Below, one piece after another: positions 39,301 to 52,400 of a DNA stretch of 64,000 nucleotides. The notes under the pieces were generated by a model. That model ran no database searches. It worked only from the letters and a program-made list of their open reading frames with translations, and was not told the origin of the DNA. Numbering within the stretch: the first letter of the stretch is position 1; each line of letters begins with the position of its first letter. Source of the DNA: Azolla caroliniana (lineage: Eukaryota > Plantae > Polypodiophyta); contig JBHGNT010000025.1 in the NCBI GenBank assembly GCA_043228905.1, positions 434,001 through 498,000 of the forward strand, written 5' to 3'. The translations under genes were made by a program, and so were the position numbers.

Positions 39301-42274
39301 CTAGCTATTCTATGGAACTAAAAAATCAAGATTTTGAAATTGAGGTCGAGAGACATGAAGAAATTAGCAATCTTGAGGAGGGAGTTGAGAGGAGCCCTTG
39401 AGTAAATTAAAATGTTCATACCTGGCTCGTGTGATATCGGTTTTTTGTGTTCAAACATGAGAATCGAAGCTAAAAACGCTAGCTATGATATGGTATTCAA
39501 AAATCATGATTTCGAAATTGAGGTCGAGAGACATGAAGAAATTAGCAATCTTGAGGAGGGAGTTGAGAGGAGCCCTTGAGTACATTAAAATGTTCATACC
39601 TGGCTCGTGTGATATCGGATTTTTGTGTTCAAACATGCGAATCGAAGCTAACAACGCTAGCTATTATATGGAACTAAAAAATCAAGATTTTGAAACTCAG
39701 GTCCAGAAATATGAAGAAATTAGCAACCTTGAGGAGGGAGTTGAGAGGAGCCCTTGAGTACATTAAAATGTTCATACCTGGCTCGTGTGATATCGGATTT
39801 TTGTGTTCAAACATGTGAATCGAAGCTAACAACGCTAGCTATTATATGGAACTAAAAAATCAAGATTTTGAAACTCAGGTCCAGAAATATGAAGAAATTA
39901 GCAATCTTGAGGAGGGAGTTGAGAGGAGCCCTTGAGTACATTAAAATGTTCATACCTGGCTCGTGTGATATCGGATTTTTGTGTTCAAACATGTGAATCG
40001 AAGCTAACAACGCTAGCTATTCTATGGAACTAAAAAATCAAGATTTTGAAACTCAGGTCGAGAGATATGAAGAAATTAGCAATCTTGAGGAGGGAGTTGA
40101 GAGGAGCCCTTGAGTACATTAAAATGTTCATACCTGGCGCGTGTGATATCGGATTTTTGTGTTCAAACATGCGAATCGAAGCTAACAATGCTAGCTATGA
40201 CATGGTATTAAAAAATCATGATTTTGAAACTCAGGTCGAGAGATATGAAGAAATTAGCAATCTTGAGGAGGGAGTTGAGAGGAGCCATTGAGTAAATTAA
40301 AATGTTCATACATGGCTCGTGTGATATCGGATTTTTGTGTTCAAACATGTGAATCGAAGTTAACAACGCTAGCTATGATATGGAACTAAAAAATCAAGAT
40401 TTTGAAAGTCAGGTCGAGAGATATGAAGAAATTAGCAATCTTGAGGAGGGAGTTGAGAGGAGCCCTTGAGTACATTAAAATGTTCATACCTGGCTCGTGT
40501 GATATCGGATTTTTGTGTTCAAACATGCGAATCGAAGCTAACATTGCTAGCTATGACATGGTATTAAAAAATCAAGATTTTGAAACTCAAGTCGAGAGAT
40601 ATGAATAAATTAGCAATCTTGAGGAGGGAGTTGAGAGGAGCCCTTGCGTAAATTAAAATGTTCATACCTGGCTCGTGTGATATCGGATTTTTGTGTTCAA
40701 ACATGCGAATCGAAGCTAACAATGCTAGCTATGACATGGTATTAAAAAATCAAGATTTTGAAACTCAGGTCGAGAGATATGAAGAAATTAGCAATCTTGA
40801 GGAGGGAGTTGAGAGGAGCCCTTGAGTAAATTAAAATGTTCATACCTAGCTCGTGTGATATCGGATTTTTGTGTTCAACCATGCGAATCAAAGCTAACAA
40901 CGCTACCTATGATATGGAACTAAAAAATCATGATTTTGAAACTCAGGTCAAGAGATATGAAGAAATTAGCAATGTTGAGGAGGGAGTTGAGAGGAGCCCT
41001 TGAGTACATTAAAATGTTCATACCTGGCGCGTGTGATATCTGATTTTTGTGTTCAAACATGCGAATCGAAGCTAACAACGCTAGCTATGATATGGAACTA
41101 AAAAATCAAGATTTTGAAAGTCAGGTCGAGAGATATGAAGAAATTAGCAATCTTGAGGAGGGAGTTGAGAGGAGCCCTTGAGTACATTAAAATGTTCATA
41201 CCTGGCTCGTGTGATATCGGATTTTTGTGTTCAAACATGCGAATCGAAGCTAACATTGCTAGCTATGACATGGTATTAAAAAATCAAGATTTTGAAACTC
41301 AAGTCGAGAGATATGAATAAATTAGCAATCTTGAGGAGGGAGTTGAGAGGAGCCCTTGCGTAAATTAAAATGTTCATACCTGGCTCGTGTGATATCGGAT
41401 TTTTGTGTTCAAACATGCGAATCGAAGCTAACAATGCTAGCTATGACATGGTATTAAAAAATCAAGATTTTGAAACTCAGGTCGAGAGATATGAAGAAAT
41501 TAGCAATCTTGAGGAGGGAGTTGAGAGGAGCCCTTGAGTAAATTAAAATGTTCATACCTAGCTCGTGTGATATCGGATTTTTGTGTTCAAACATGCGAAT
41601 CGAAGCTAACAACGCTAGCTATTCTATGGAACTAAAAAATCAAGATTTTGAAATTGAGGTCGAGAGACATGAAGAAATTAGCAATCTTGAGGAGGGAGTT
41701 GAGAGGAGCCCTTGAGTAAATTAAAATGTTCATACCTGGCTCGTGTGATATCGGTTTTTTGTGTTCAAACATGAGAATCGAAGCTAAAAACGCTAGCTAT
41801 GATATGGTATTCAAAAATCATGATTTCGAAATTGAGGTCGAGAGACATGAAGAAATTAGCAATCTTGAGGAGGGAGTTGAGAGGAGCCCTTGAGTACATT
41901 AAAATGTTCATACCTGGCTCGTGTGATATCGGATTTTTGTGTTCAAACATGCGAATCGAAGCTAACAACGCTAGCTATTATATGGAACTAAAAAATCAAG
42001 ATTTTGAAACTCAGGTCCAGAAATATGAAGAAATTAGCAACCTTGAGGAGGGAGTTGAGAGGAGCCCTTGAGTACATTAAAATGTTCATACCTGGCTCGT
42101 GTGATCTCGGATTTTTGTGTTCAAACATGTGAATCGAAGCTAACAACGCTAGCTATTATATGGAACTAAAAAATCAAGATTTTGAAACTCAGGTCCAGAA
42201 ATATGAAGAAATTAGCAATCTTGAGGAGGGAGTTGAGAGGAGCCCTTGAGTACATTAAAATGTTCATACCTGGC
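33301..42274 (+). repeat. Tandem 25-monomer (4450 bp) higher-order repeat, 2 copies
   Basis: ORF pairs 33460/37910, 33638/38088, 34344/38794, 35035/39485, 35596/40046, 35952/40402, 36664/41114 and 37349/41799 are all offset by 4450. The variants GAATAAATT (6x) and CATACCTAGC (4x) are confined to this block. Confidence 0.92.
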
Positions 42275-43495
42275 TCGTGTGATATCGGATTTTTGTGTTC
42301 AAACATGTGAATCGAAGCTAACAACGCTAGCTATTCTATGGAACTAAAAAATCAAGATTTTGAAACTCAGGTCGAGAGATATGAAGAAATTAGCAATCTT
42401 GAGGAGGGAGTTGAGAGGAGCCCTTGAGTACATTAAAATGTTCATACCTGGCGCGTGTGATATCGGATTTTTGTGTTCAAACATGCGAATCGAAGCTAAC
42501 AATGCTAGCTATGACATGGTATTAAAAAATCATGATTTTGAAACTCAGGTCGAGAGATATGAAGAAATTAGCAATCTTGAGGAGGGAGTTGAGAGGAGCC
42601 ATTGAGTAAATTAAAATGTTCATACATGGCTCGTGTGATATCGGTTTTTTGTGTTCAAACATGAGAATCGAAGCTAAAAACGCTAGCTATGATATGGTAT
42701 TCAAAAATCATGATTTCGAAATTGAGGTCGAGAGACATGAAGAAATTAGCAATCTTGAGGAGGGAGTTGAGAGGAGCCCTTGAGTACATTAAAATGTTCA
42801 TACCTGGCTCGTGTGATATCGGATTTTTGTGTTCAAACATGCGAATCGAAGCTAACAACGCTAGCTATTATATGGAACTAAAAAATCAAGATTTTGAAAC
42901 TCAGGTCCAGAAATATGAAGAAATTAGCAACCTTGAGGAGGGAGTTGAGAGGAGCCCTTGAGTACATTAAAATGTTCATACCTGGCTCGTGTGATATCGG
43001 ATTTTTGTGTTCAAACATGTGAATCGAAGCTAACAACGCTAGCTAGTATATGGAACTAAAAAATCAAGATTTTGAAACTCAGGTCCAGAAATATGAAGAA
43101 ATTAGCAATCTTGAGGAGGGAGTTGAGAGGAGCCCTTGAGTACATTAAAATGTTCATACCTGGCTCGTGTGATATCGGATTTTTGTGTTCAAACATGTGA
43201 ATCGAAGCTAACAACGCTAGCTATTCTATGGAACTAAAAAATCAAGATTTCGAAACTCAGGTCGAGAGATATGAAGAAATTAGCAATCTTGAGGAGGGAG
43301 TTGAGAGGAGCCCTTGAGTACATTAAAATGTTCATACCTGGCGCGTGTGATATCGGATTTTTGTGTTCAAACATGCGAATCGAAGCTAACAATGCTAGCT
43401 ATGACATGGTATTAAAAAATCATGATTTTGAAACTCAGGTCGAGAGATATGAAGAAATTAGCAATCTTGAGGAGGGAGTTGAGAGGAGCCATTGA
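41750..43495 (+). repeat. Tandem 5-monomer (890 bp) duplication
   Basis: ORF pairs 41765/42655 and 41799/42689, and ORF ends 42605/43495. The CATGAGAATC and CAACCTTG variants are repeated. Confidence 0.8.
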
Positions 43496-46400
43496 GTAAA
43501 TTAAAATGTTCATACATGGCTCGTGTGATATCGGATTTTTGTGTTCAAACATGTGAATCGAAGTTAACAACGCTAGCTATTCTATGGAACTAAAAAATCA
43601 AGATTTTGAAACTCAGGTCGAGAGATATGAAGAAATTAGCAATCTCGAGGAGGGAGTTGAGAGGAGCCCTTGAGTACATTAAAATGTTCATACCTGGCGC
43701 GTGTGATATCGGATTTTTGTGTTCAAACATGCGAATCGAAGCTAACAATGCTAGCTATGACATGGTATTAAAAAATCAAGATTTTGAAACTCAGGTCGAG
43801 AGATATGAAGAAATTAGCAATCTTGAGGAGGGAGTTGAGAGGAGCCCTTGAGTACATTAAAATGTTCATACCTGGCGCGTGTGATATCGGATTTTTGTGT
43901 TCAAACATGCGAATCGAAGCTAACAATGCTAGCTATGACATGGTATTAAAAAATCATGATTTTGAAACTCAGGTCGAGAGATATGAAGAAATTAGCAATC
44001 TTGAGGAGGGAGTTGAGAGGAGCCATTGAGTAAATTAAAATGTTCATACATGGCTCGTGTGATATCGGATTTTTGTGTTCAAACATGTGAATCGAAGTTA
44101 ACAACGCTAGCTATTCTATGGAACTAAAAAATCAAGATTTTGAAACTCAGGTCGAGAGATATGAAGAAATTAGCAATCTCGAGGAGGGAGTTGAGAGGAG
44201 CCCTTGAGTACATTAAAATGTTCATACCTGGCGCGTGTGATATCGGATTTTTGTGTTCAAACATGCGAATCGAAGCTAACAATGCTAGCTATGACATGGT
44301 ATTAAAAAATCAAGATTTTGAAACTCAGGTCGAGAGATATGAAGAAATTAGCAATCTTGAGGAGGGAGTTGAGAGGAGCCCTTGAGTAAATTAAAATGTT
44401 CATACCTGGCTCGTGTGATATCGGATTTTTGTGTTCAACCATGCGAATCAAAGCTAACAACGCTACCTATGATATGGAACTAAAAAATCATGATTTTGAA
44501 ACTCAGGTCAAGAGATATGAAGAAATTAGCAATGTTGAGGAGGGAGTTGAGAGGAGCCCTTGAGTACATTAAAATGTTCATACCTGGCGCGTGTGATATC
44601 TGATTTTTGTGTTCAAACATGCGAATCGAAGCTAACAACGCTAGCTATTATATGGAACTAAAAAGTCAAGATTTTGAAACTAAGGTCGAGAGATATGAAG
44701 AAATTAGCAATCTTGAGGAGGGAGTTGAGAGGAGCCCTTGAGTACATTAAAATGTTCATACCTGGCGCGTGTGATATCGGATGTTTGTGTTCAAACATGC
44801 GAATCGAAGCTAACAACGCAAGCTATGACATGGTATTAAAAAATCAAGATTTTGAAAATCAAGTCGAGAGACATAACGAAATTACCTAATTTGAGGAGTG
44901 AGTTGAGAAGACCTAGTAGGTAAATTAAAATGTTCATACCTGGCTCGTGTGATATCGGATTTTTGTGTTCAAACATGCGAATCGAAGCTAACAACGCTAG
45001 TTATTCTATGGAACTAAAAAATCAAATTTTGAAACTCAGGTCGAGAAATATGAAGAAATTAGCAATCTTGAGGAGGGAGTTGAGAGGAGCCCTTGAGTAC
45101 ATTAAAATGTTCATACCTGGCTCGTGTGATATCGGATTTTTGTGTTCAAACATGCGAATCGAAGCTAACAACGCTAGCTATTGTATGGAACTAAAAAATC
45201 AAGATTTTGAAACTCAGGTCCAGAAATATGAAGAAATTAGCAATCTTGAGGAGGGAGTTGAGAGGAGCCCTTGAGTACATTAAAATGTTCATACCTGGCT
45301 CGTGTGATATCGGATTTTTGTGTTCAAACATGTGAATCGAAGCTAACAACGCTAGCTATTCTATGGAACTAAAAAATCAAGATTTTGAAACTCAGGTCGA
45401 GAGATATGAAGAAATTAGCAATCTTGAGGAGGGAGTTGAGAGGAGCCCTTGAGTACATTAAAATGTTCATACCTGGCGCGTGTGATATCGGATTTTTGTG
45501 TTCAAACATGCGAATCGAAGCTAACAATGCTAGCTATGACATGGTATTAAAAAATCAAGATTTTGAAACTCAGGTCGAGAGATATGAAGAAATTAGCAAT
45601 CTTGAGGAGGGAGTTGAGAGGAGCCATTGAGTAAATTAAAATGTTCATACATGGCTCGTGTGATATCGGATTTTTGTGTTCAAACATGTGAATCGAAGTT
45701 AACAACGCTAGCTATTCTATGGAACTAAAAAATCAAGATTTTGAAACTCAGGTCGAGAGATATGAAGAAATTAGCAATCTCGAGGAGGGAGTTGAGAGGA
45801 GCCCTTGAGTACATTAAAATGTTCATACCTGGCGCGTGTGATATCGGATTTTTGTGTTCAAACATGCGAATCGAAGCTAACAATGCTAGCTATGACATGG
45901 TATTAAAAAATCAAGATTTTGAAACTCAGGTCGAGAGATATGAAGAAATTAGCAATCTTGAGGAGGGAGTTGAGAGGAGCCCTTGAGTAAATTAAAATGT
46001 TCATACCTGGCTCGTGTGATATCGGATTTTTGTGTTCAACCATGCGAATCAAAGCTAACAACGCTACCTATGATATGGAACTAAAAAATCATGATTTTGA
46101 AACTCAGGTCAAGAGATATGAAGAAATTAGCAATGTTGAGGAGGGAGTTGAGAGGAGCCCTTGAGTACATTAAAATGTTCATACCTGGCTCGTGTGATAT
46201 CGGATTTTTGTGTTCAAACATGCGAATCGAAGCTAACATTGCTAGCTATGACATGGTATTAAAAAATCAAGATTTTGAAACTCAAGTCGAGAGATATGAA
46301 GAAATTAGCAATCTTGAGGAGGGAGTTGAGAGGAGCCCTTGCGTAAATTAAAATGTTCATACCTGGCTCGTGTGATATCGGATTTTTGTGTTCAAACATG

Positions 46401-49400
46401 CGAATCGAAGCTAACAATGCTAGCTATGACATGGTATTAAAAAATCAAGATTTTGAAACTCAGGTCGAGAGATATGAAGAAATTAGCAATCTTGAGGAGG
46501 GAGTTGAGAGGAGCCCTTGAGTAAATTAAAATGTTCATACCTGGCTCGTGTGATATCGGATTTTTGTGTTCAAACATGCGAATCGAAGCTAACAACGCTA
46601 GCTATGATATGGTATTAAAAAATCATGATTTTGAAACTCAGGTCGAGAGACATGACGAAATTACCAAATTGGAGGAGGGAGTTGAGAGGAGCCCTTGAGT
46701 ATATTAAAATGTTCATACCTGGCGCGTGTGATATCGGATTTTTGTGTTCAAACATGTGAATCGAAGCTAACAACGCTAGCTATGATATGGTATTAAAAAA
46801 TCATGATTTTGAAACTCAGGTCGAGAGACATGACGAAATTAGCAATCTTGAGGAGGGAGTTGAGAGGAGCCCTTGAGTAAATTAAAATGTTCATACCTGG
46901 CTCGTGTGATATCGGTTTTTTGTGTTCAAACATGCGAATCGAAGCTAAAAACGCTAGCTATGATATGGTATTCAAAAATCATGATTTCGAAATTGAGGTC
47001 GAGAGACATGAAGAAATTAGCAATCTTGAGGAGGGAGTTGAGAGGAGCCCTTGAGTACATTAAAATGTTCATACCTGGCTCGTGTGATATCGGATTTTTG
47101 TGTTCAAACATGCGAATCGAAGCTAACAACGCTAGCTATTGTATGGAACTAAAAAATCAAGATTTTGAAACTCAGGTCCAGAAATATGAAGAAATTAGCA
47201 ATCTTGAGGAGGGAGTTGAGAGGAGCCCTTGAGTACATTAAAATGTTCATACCTGGCTCGTGTGATATCGGATTTTTGTGTTCAAACATGTGAATCGAAG
47301 CTAACAACGCTAGCCATTCTATGGAACTAAAAAATCAAGATTTTGAAACTCAGGTCGAGAGATATGAAGAAATTAGCAATCATGAGGAGGGAGTTGAGAG
47401 GAGCCCTTGAGTACATTAAAATGTTCATACCTGGCGCGTGTGATATCGGATTTTTGTGTTCAGACATGCGAATCGAAGCTAACAACGCTAGCTATTCTAT
47501 GGAACTAAAAAATCAAGATTTTGAAACTCAGGTCGAGAGATATGAAGAAATTAGCAATCTTGAGGAGGGAGTTGAGAGGAGCCCTTGAGTACATTAAAAT
47601 GTTCATACCTGGCGCGTGTGATATCGGATTTTTGTGTTCAAACATGCGAATCGAAGCTAACAACGCTAGCTATTATATGGAACTAAAAAATCAAGATTTT
47701 GAAACTCAGGTCCAGAAATATGAAGAAATTAGCAATGTTGAGGAGGGAGTTGAGAGGAGCCCTTGAGTACATTAAAATGTTCATACCTGGCTCGTGTGAT
47801 ATCGGATTTTTGTGTTCAAACATGCGAATCGAAGCTAACAATGCTAGCTATGACATGGTTTTAAAAAATCAAGATTTTGAAACTCAAGTCGAGAGACATG
47901 ACGAAATTACCTAATTTGAGGAGGGAGTTGAGACGACCTAGTAGGTAAATTAAAATGTTCATACCTGGCTCGTGTGATATCGGATTTTTGTGTTCAAACA
48001 TGCGAATCGAAGCTAACAATGCTAGCTATGACATGGTATTAAAAAATCAAGATTTTGAAACTCAAGTCGAGAGATATGAAGAAATTAGCAATCTTGAGGA
48101 GGGAGTTGAGAGGAGCCCTTGAGTAAATTAAAATGTTCATACCTGGCTCGTGTGATATCGGATTTTTGTGTTCAACCATGCGAATCAAAGCTAACAACGC
48201 TACCTATGATATGGAACTAAAAAATCATGATTTTGAAACTCAGGTCAAGAGATATGAAGAAATTAGCAATGTTGAGGAGGGAGTTGAGAGGAGCCCTTGA
48301 GTACATTAAAATGTTCATACCTGGCGCGTGTGATATCTGATTTTTGTGTTCAAACATGCGAATCGAAGCTAACAACGCTAGCTATTATATGGAACTAAAA
48401 AGTCAAGATTTTGAAACTCAGGTCGAGAGATATGAAGAAATTAGCAATCTTGAGGAGGGAGTTGAGAGGAGCCCTTGAGTACATTAAAATGTTCATACCT
48501 GGCGCGTGTGATATCGGATTTTTGTGTTCAAACATGCGAATTGAAGCTAACAACGCTAGCTATTATATGGAACTAAAAAATCAAGATTTTGAAACTCAGG
48601 TCCAGAAATATGAAGAAATTAGCAATCTTGAGGAGGGAGTTGAGAGGAGCCCTTGAGTACATTAAAATGTTCATACCTGGCTCGTGTGATATCGGATTTT
48701 TGTGTTCAAACATGCGAATCGAAGCTAACAATGCTAGCTATGACATGGTATTAAAAAATCAAGATTTTGAAACTCAAGTCGAGAGACATGACGAAATTAC
48801 CTAATTTGAGGAGGGAGTTGAGACGACCTAGTAGGTAAATTAAAATGTTCATACCTGGCTCGTGTGATATCGGATTTTTGTGTTCAAACATGCGAATCAA
48901 AGCTAACGACGCTAGCTATGATATGGAACTAAAAAATCAAGATTTTGACACTCAGGTCGAGAGATATGAAGAAATTAGCAATCTTGAGGAGGGAGTTGAG
49001 AGGAGCCCTTGAGTACATTAAAATGTTCATACCTGGCTCGTGTGATATCGGATTTTTGTGTTCAAACATGTGAATCGAAGCTAACAACGCTAGCTATTCT
49101 ATGGAACTAAAAAATCAAGATTTTGAAACTCAGGTCGAGAGATATGAAGAAATTAGCAATCTTGAGGAGGGAGTTGAGAGGAGCCCTTGAGTACATTAAA
49201 ATGTTCATACCTGGCGCGTGTGATATCTGATTTTTGTGTTCAAACATGCGAATCGAAGCTAACAACGCTAGCTATTATATGGAACTAAAAAGTCAAGATT
49301 TTGAAACTCAGGTCGAGAGATATGAAGAAATTAGCAATCTTGAGGAGGGAGTTGAGAGGAGCCCTTGAGTACATTAAAATGTTCATACCTGGCGCGTGTG

Positions 49401-52400
49401 ATATCGGATTTTTGTGTTCAGACATGCGAATCGAAGCTAACAACGCTAGCTATTCTATGGAACTAAAAAATCAAGATTTTGAAATTGAGGTCGAGAGACA
49501 TGAAGAAATTAGCAATCTTGAGGAGGGAGTTGAGAGGAGCCCTTGAGTAAATTAAAATGTTCATACCTGGCTCGTGTGATATCGGTTTTTTGTGTTCAAA
49601 CATGAGAATCGAAGCTAAAAACGCTAGCTATGATATGGTATTCAAAAATCATGATTTCGAAATTGAGGTCGAGAGACATGAAGAAATTAGCAATCTTGAG
49701 GAGGGAGTTGAGAGGAGCCCTTGAGTACATTAAAATGTTCATACCTGGCTCGTGTGATATCGGATTTTTGTGTTCAAACATGCGAATCGAAGCTAACAAC
49801 GCTAGCTATTATATGGAACTAAAAAATCAAGATTTTGAAACTCAGGTCCAGAAATATGAAGAAATTAGCAACCTTGAGGAGGGAGTTGAGAGGAGCCCTT
49901 GAGTACATTAAAATGTTCATACCTGGCTCGTGTGATATCGGATTTTTGTGTTCAAACATGTGAATCGAAGCTAACAACGCTAGCTATTATATGGAACTAA
50001 AAAATCAAGATTTTGAAACTCAGGTCCAGAAATATGAAGAAATTAGCAATCTTGAGGAGGGAGTTGAGAGGAGCCCTTGAGTACATTAAAATGTTCATAC
50101 CTGGCTCGTGTGATATCGGATTTTTGTGTTCAAACATGCGAATCGAAGCTAACAATGCTAGCTATGACATGGTATTAAAAAATCAAGATTTTGAAACTCA
50201 AGTCGAGAGACATGACGAAATTACCTAATTTGAGGAGGGAGTTGAGACGACCTAGTAGGTAAATTAAAATGTTCATACCTGGCTCGTGTGATATCGGATT
50301 TTTGTGTTCAAACATGCGAATCAAAGCTAAAAACGCTAGCTATGATATGGTATTCAAAAATCATGATTTCGAAATTGAGGTCGAGAGACATGAAGAAATT
50401 AGCAATCTTGAGGAGGGAGTTGAGAGGAGCCCTTGAGTACATTAAAATGTTCATACCTGGCTCGTGTGATATCGGATTTTTGTGTTCAAACATGCGAATC
50501 GAAGCTAACAACGCTAGCTATTATATGGAACTAAAAAATCAAGATTTTGAAACTCAGGTCCAGAAATATGAAGAAATTAGCAACCTTGAGGAGGGAGTTG
50601 AGAGGAGCCCTTGAGTACATTAAAATGTTCATACCTGGCTTGTGTGATATCGGATTTTTGTGTTCAAACATGTGAATCGAAGCTAACAACGCTAGCTATT
50701 ATATGGAACTAAAAAATCAAGATTTTGAAACTCAGGTCGAGAAATATGAAGAAATTAGCAATCTTGAGGAGGGAGTTGAGAGGAGCCCTTGAGTACATTA
50801 AAATGTTCATACCTGGCGCGTGTGATATCGGTTTTTTGTGTTCAGACATGCGAATCGAAGCTAACAACGCTAGCTATTCTATGGAACTAAAAAATCAAGA
50901 TTTTAAAATTGAGGTCGAGAGACATGAAGAAATTAGCAATCTTGAGGAGGGAGTTGAGAGGAGCCCTTGAGTAAATTAAAATGTTCATACCTGGCTCGTG
51001 TGATATCGGATTTTTGTGTTCAAACATGCGAATCGAAGCTAACAACGCTAGCTATGATATGGTATTAAAAAATCATGATTTTGAAACTCAGGTCGAGAGA
51101 CATGACGAAATTACCAAATTGGAGGAGGGAGTTGCGAGGAGCCCTTGAGTATATTAAAATGTTCATACCTGGCGCGTGTGATATCGGATTTTTGTGTTCC
51201 AACATGCGAATCGAAGCTAACAACGCTAACTATGATATGGTATTAAAAAATCAAGATTTTGAAACTCAGGTCGAGAGACATGAAGAAATTAGCAATTTTG
51301 AGGAGGGAGTTGAGAGGAGCCCTTGAGTAAATTAAAATGTTCATACCTGGCTCGTGTGATATCGGTTTTTTGTGTTCAAACATGCGAATCGAAGCTAAAA
51401 ACGCTAGCTATGATATGGTATTCAAAAATCATGATTTCGAAATTGAGGTCGAGAGACATGAAGAAATTAGCAATCTTGAGGAGGGAGTTGAGAGGAGCCC
51501 TTGAGTACATTAAAATGTTCATACCTGGCTCGTGTGATATCGGATTTTTGTGTTCAAACATGCGAATCGAAGCTCACAACGCTAGCTATTATATGGAACT
51601 AAAAAATCAAGATTTTGAAACTCAGGTCGAGAAATATGAAGAAATTAGCAATCTTGAGGAGGGAGTTGAGAGGAGCCCTTGAGTACATTAAAATGTTCAT
51701 ACCTGGCTCGTGTGATATCGGATTTTTGTGTTCAAACATGTGAATGGAAGCTAACAACGCTAGCTATTCTATGGAACTAAAAAATCAAGATTTTGAAACT
51801 CAGGTCGAGAGATATGAAGAAATTAGCAATCTTGAGGAGGGAGTTGAGAGGAGCCCTTGAGTACATTAAAATGTTCATACCTGGCGCGTGTGATATCGGA
51901 TTTTTGTGTTCAAACATGCGAATCGAAGCTAACAACGCTAGCTATTATATGGAACTAAAAAATCAAGATTTTGAAACTCAGGTCCAGAAATATGAAGAAA
52001 TTAGCAATCTTGAGGAGGGAGTTGAGAGGAGCCCTTGAGTACATTAAAATGTTCATACCTGGCTCGTGTGATATCGGATTTTTGTGTTCAAACATGCGAA
52101 TCGAAGCTAACAATGCTAGCTATGACATGGTTTTAAAAAATCAAGATTTAGAAACTCAAGTCGAGAGACATGACGAAATTACCTAATTTGAGGAGGGAGT
52201 TGAGACGACCTAGTAGGTAAATTAAAATGTTCATACCTGGCTCGTGTGATATCGGATTTTTGTGTTCAAACATGCGAATCGAAGATAACAATGCTAGCTA
52301 TGACATGGTATTAAAAAATCAAGATTTTGAAACTCAAGTCGAGAGATATGAAGAAATTAGCAATCTTGAGGAGGGAGTTGAGAGGAGCCCTTGAGTAAAT

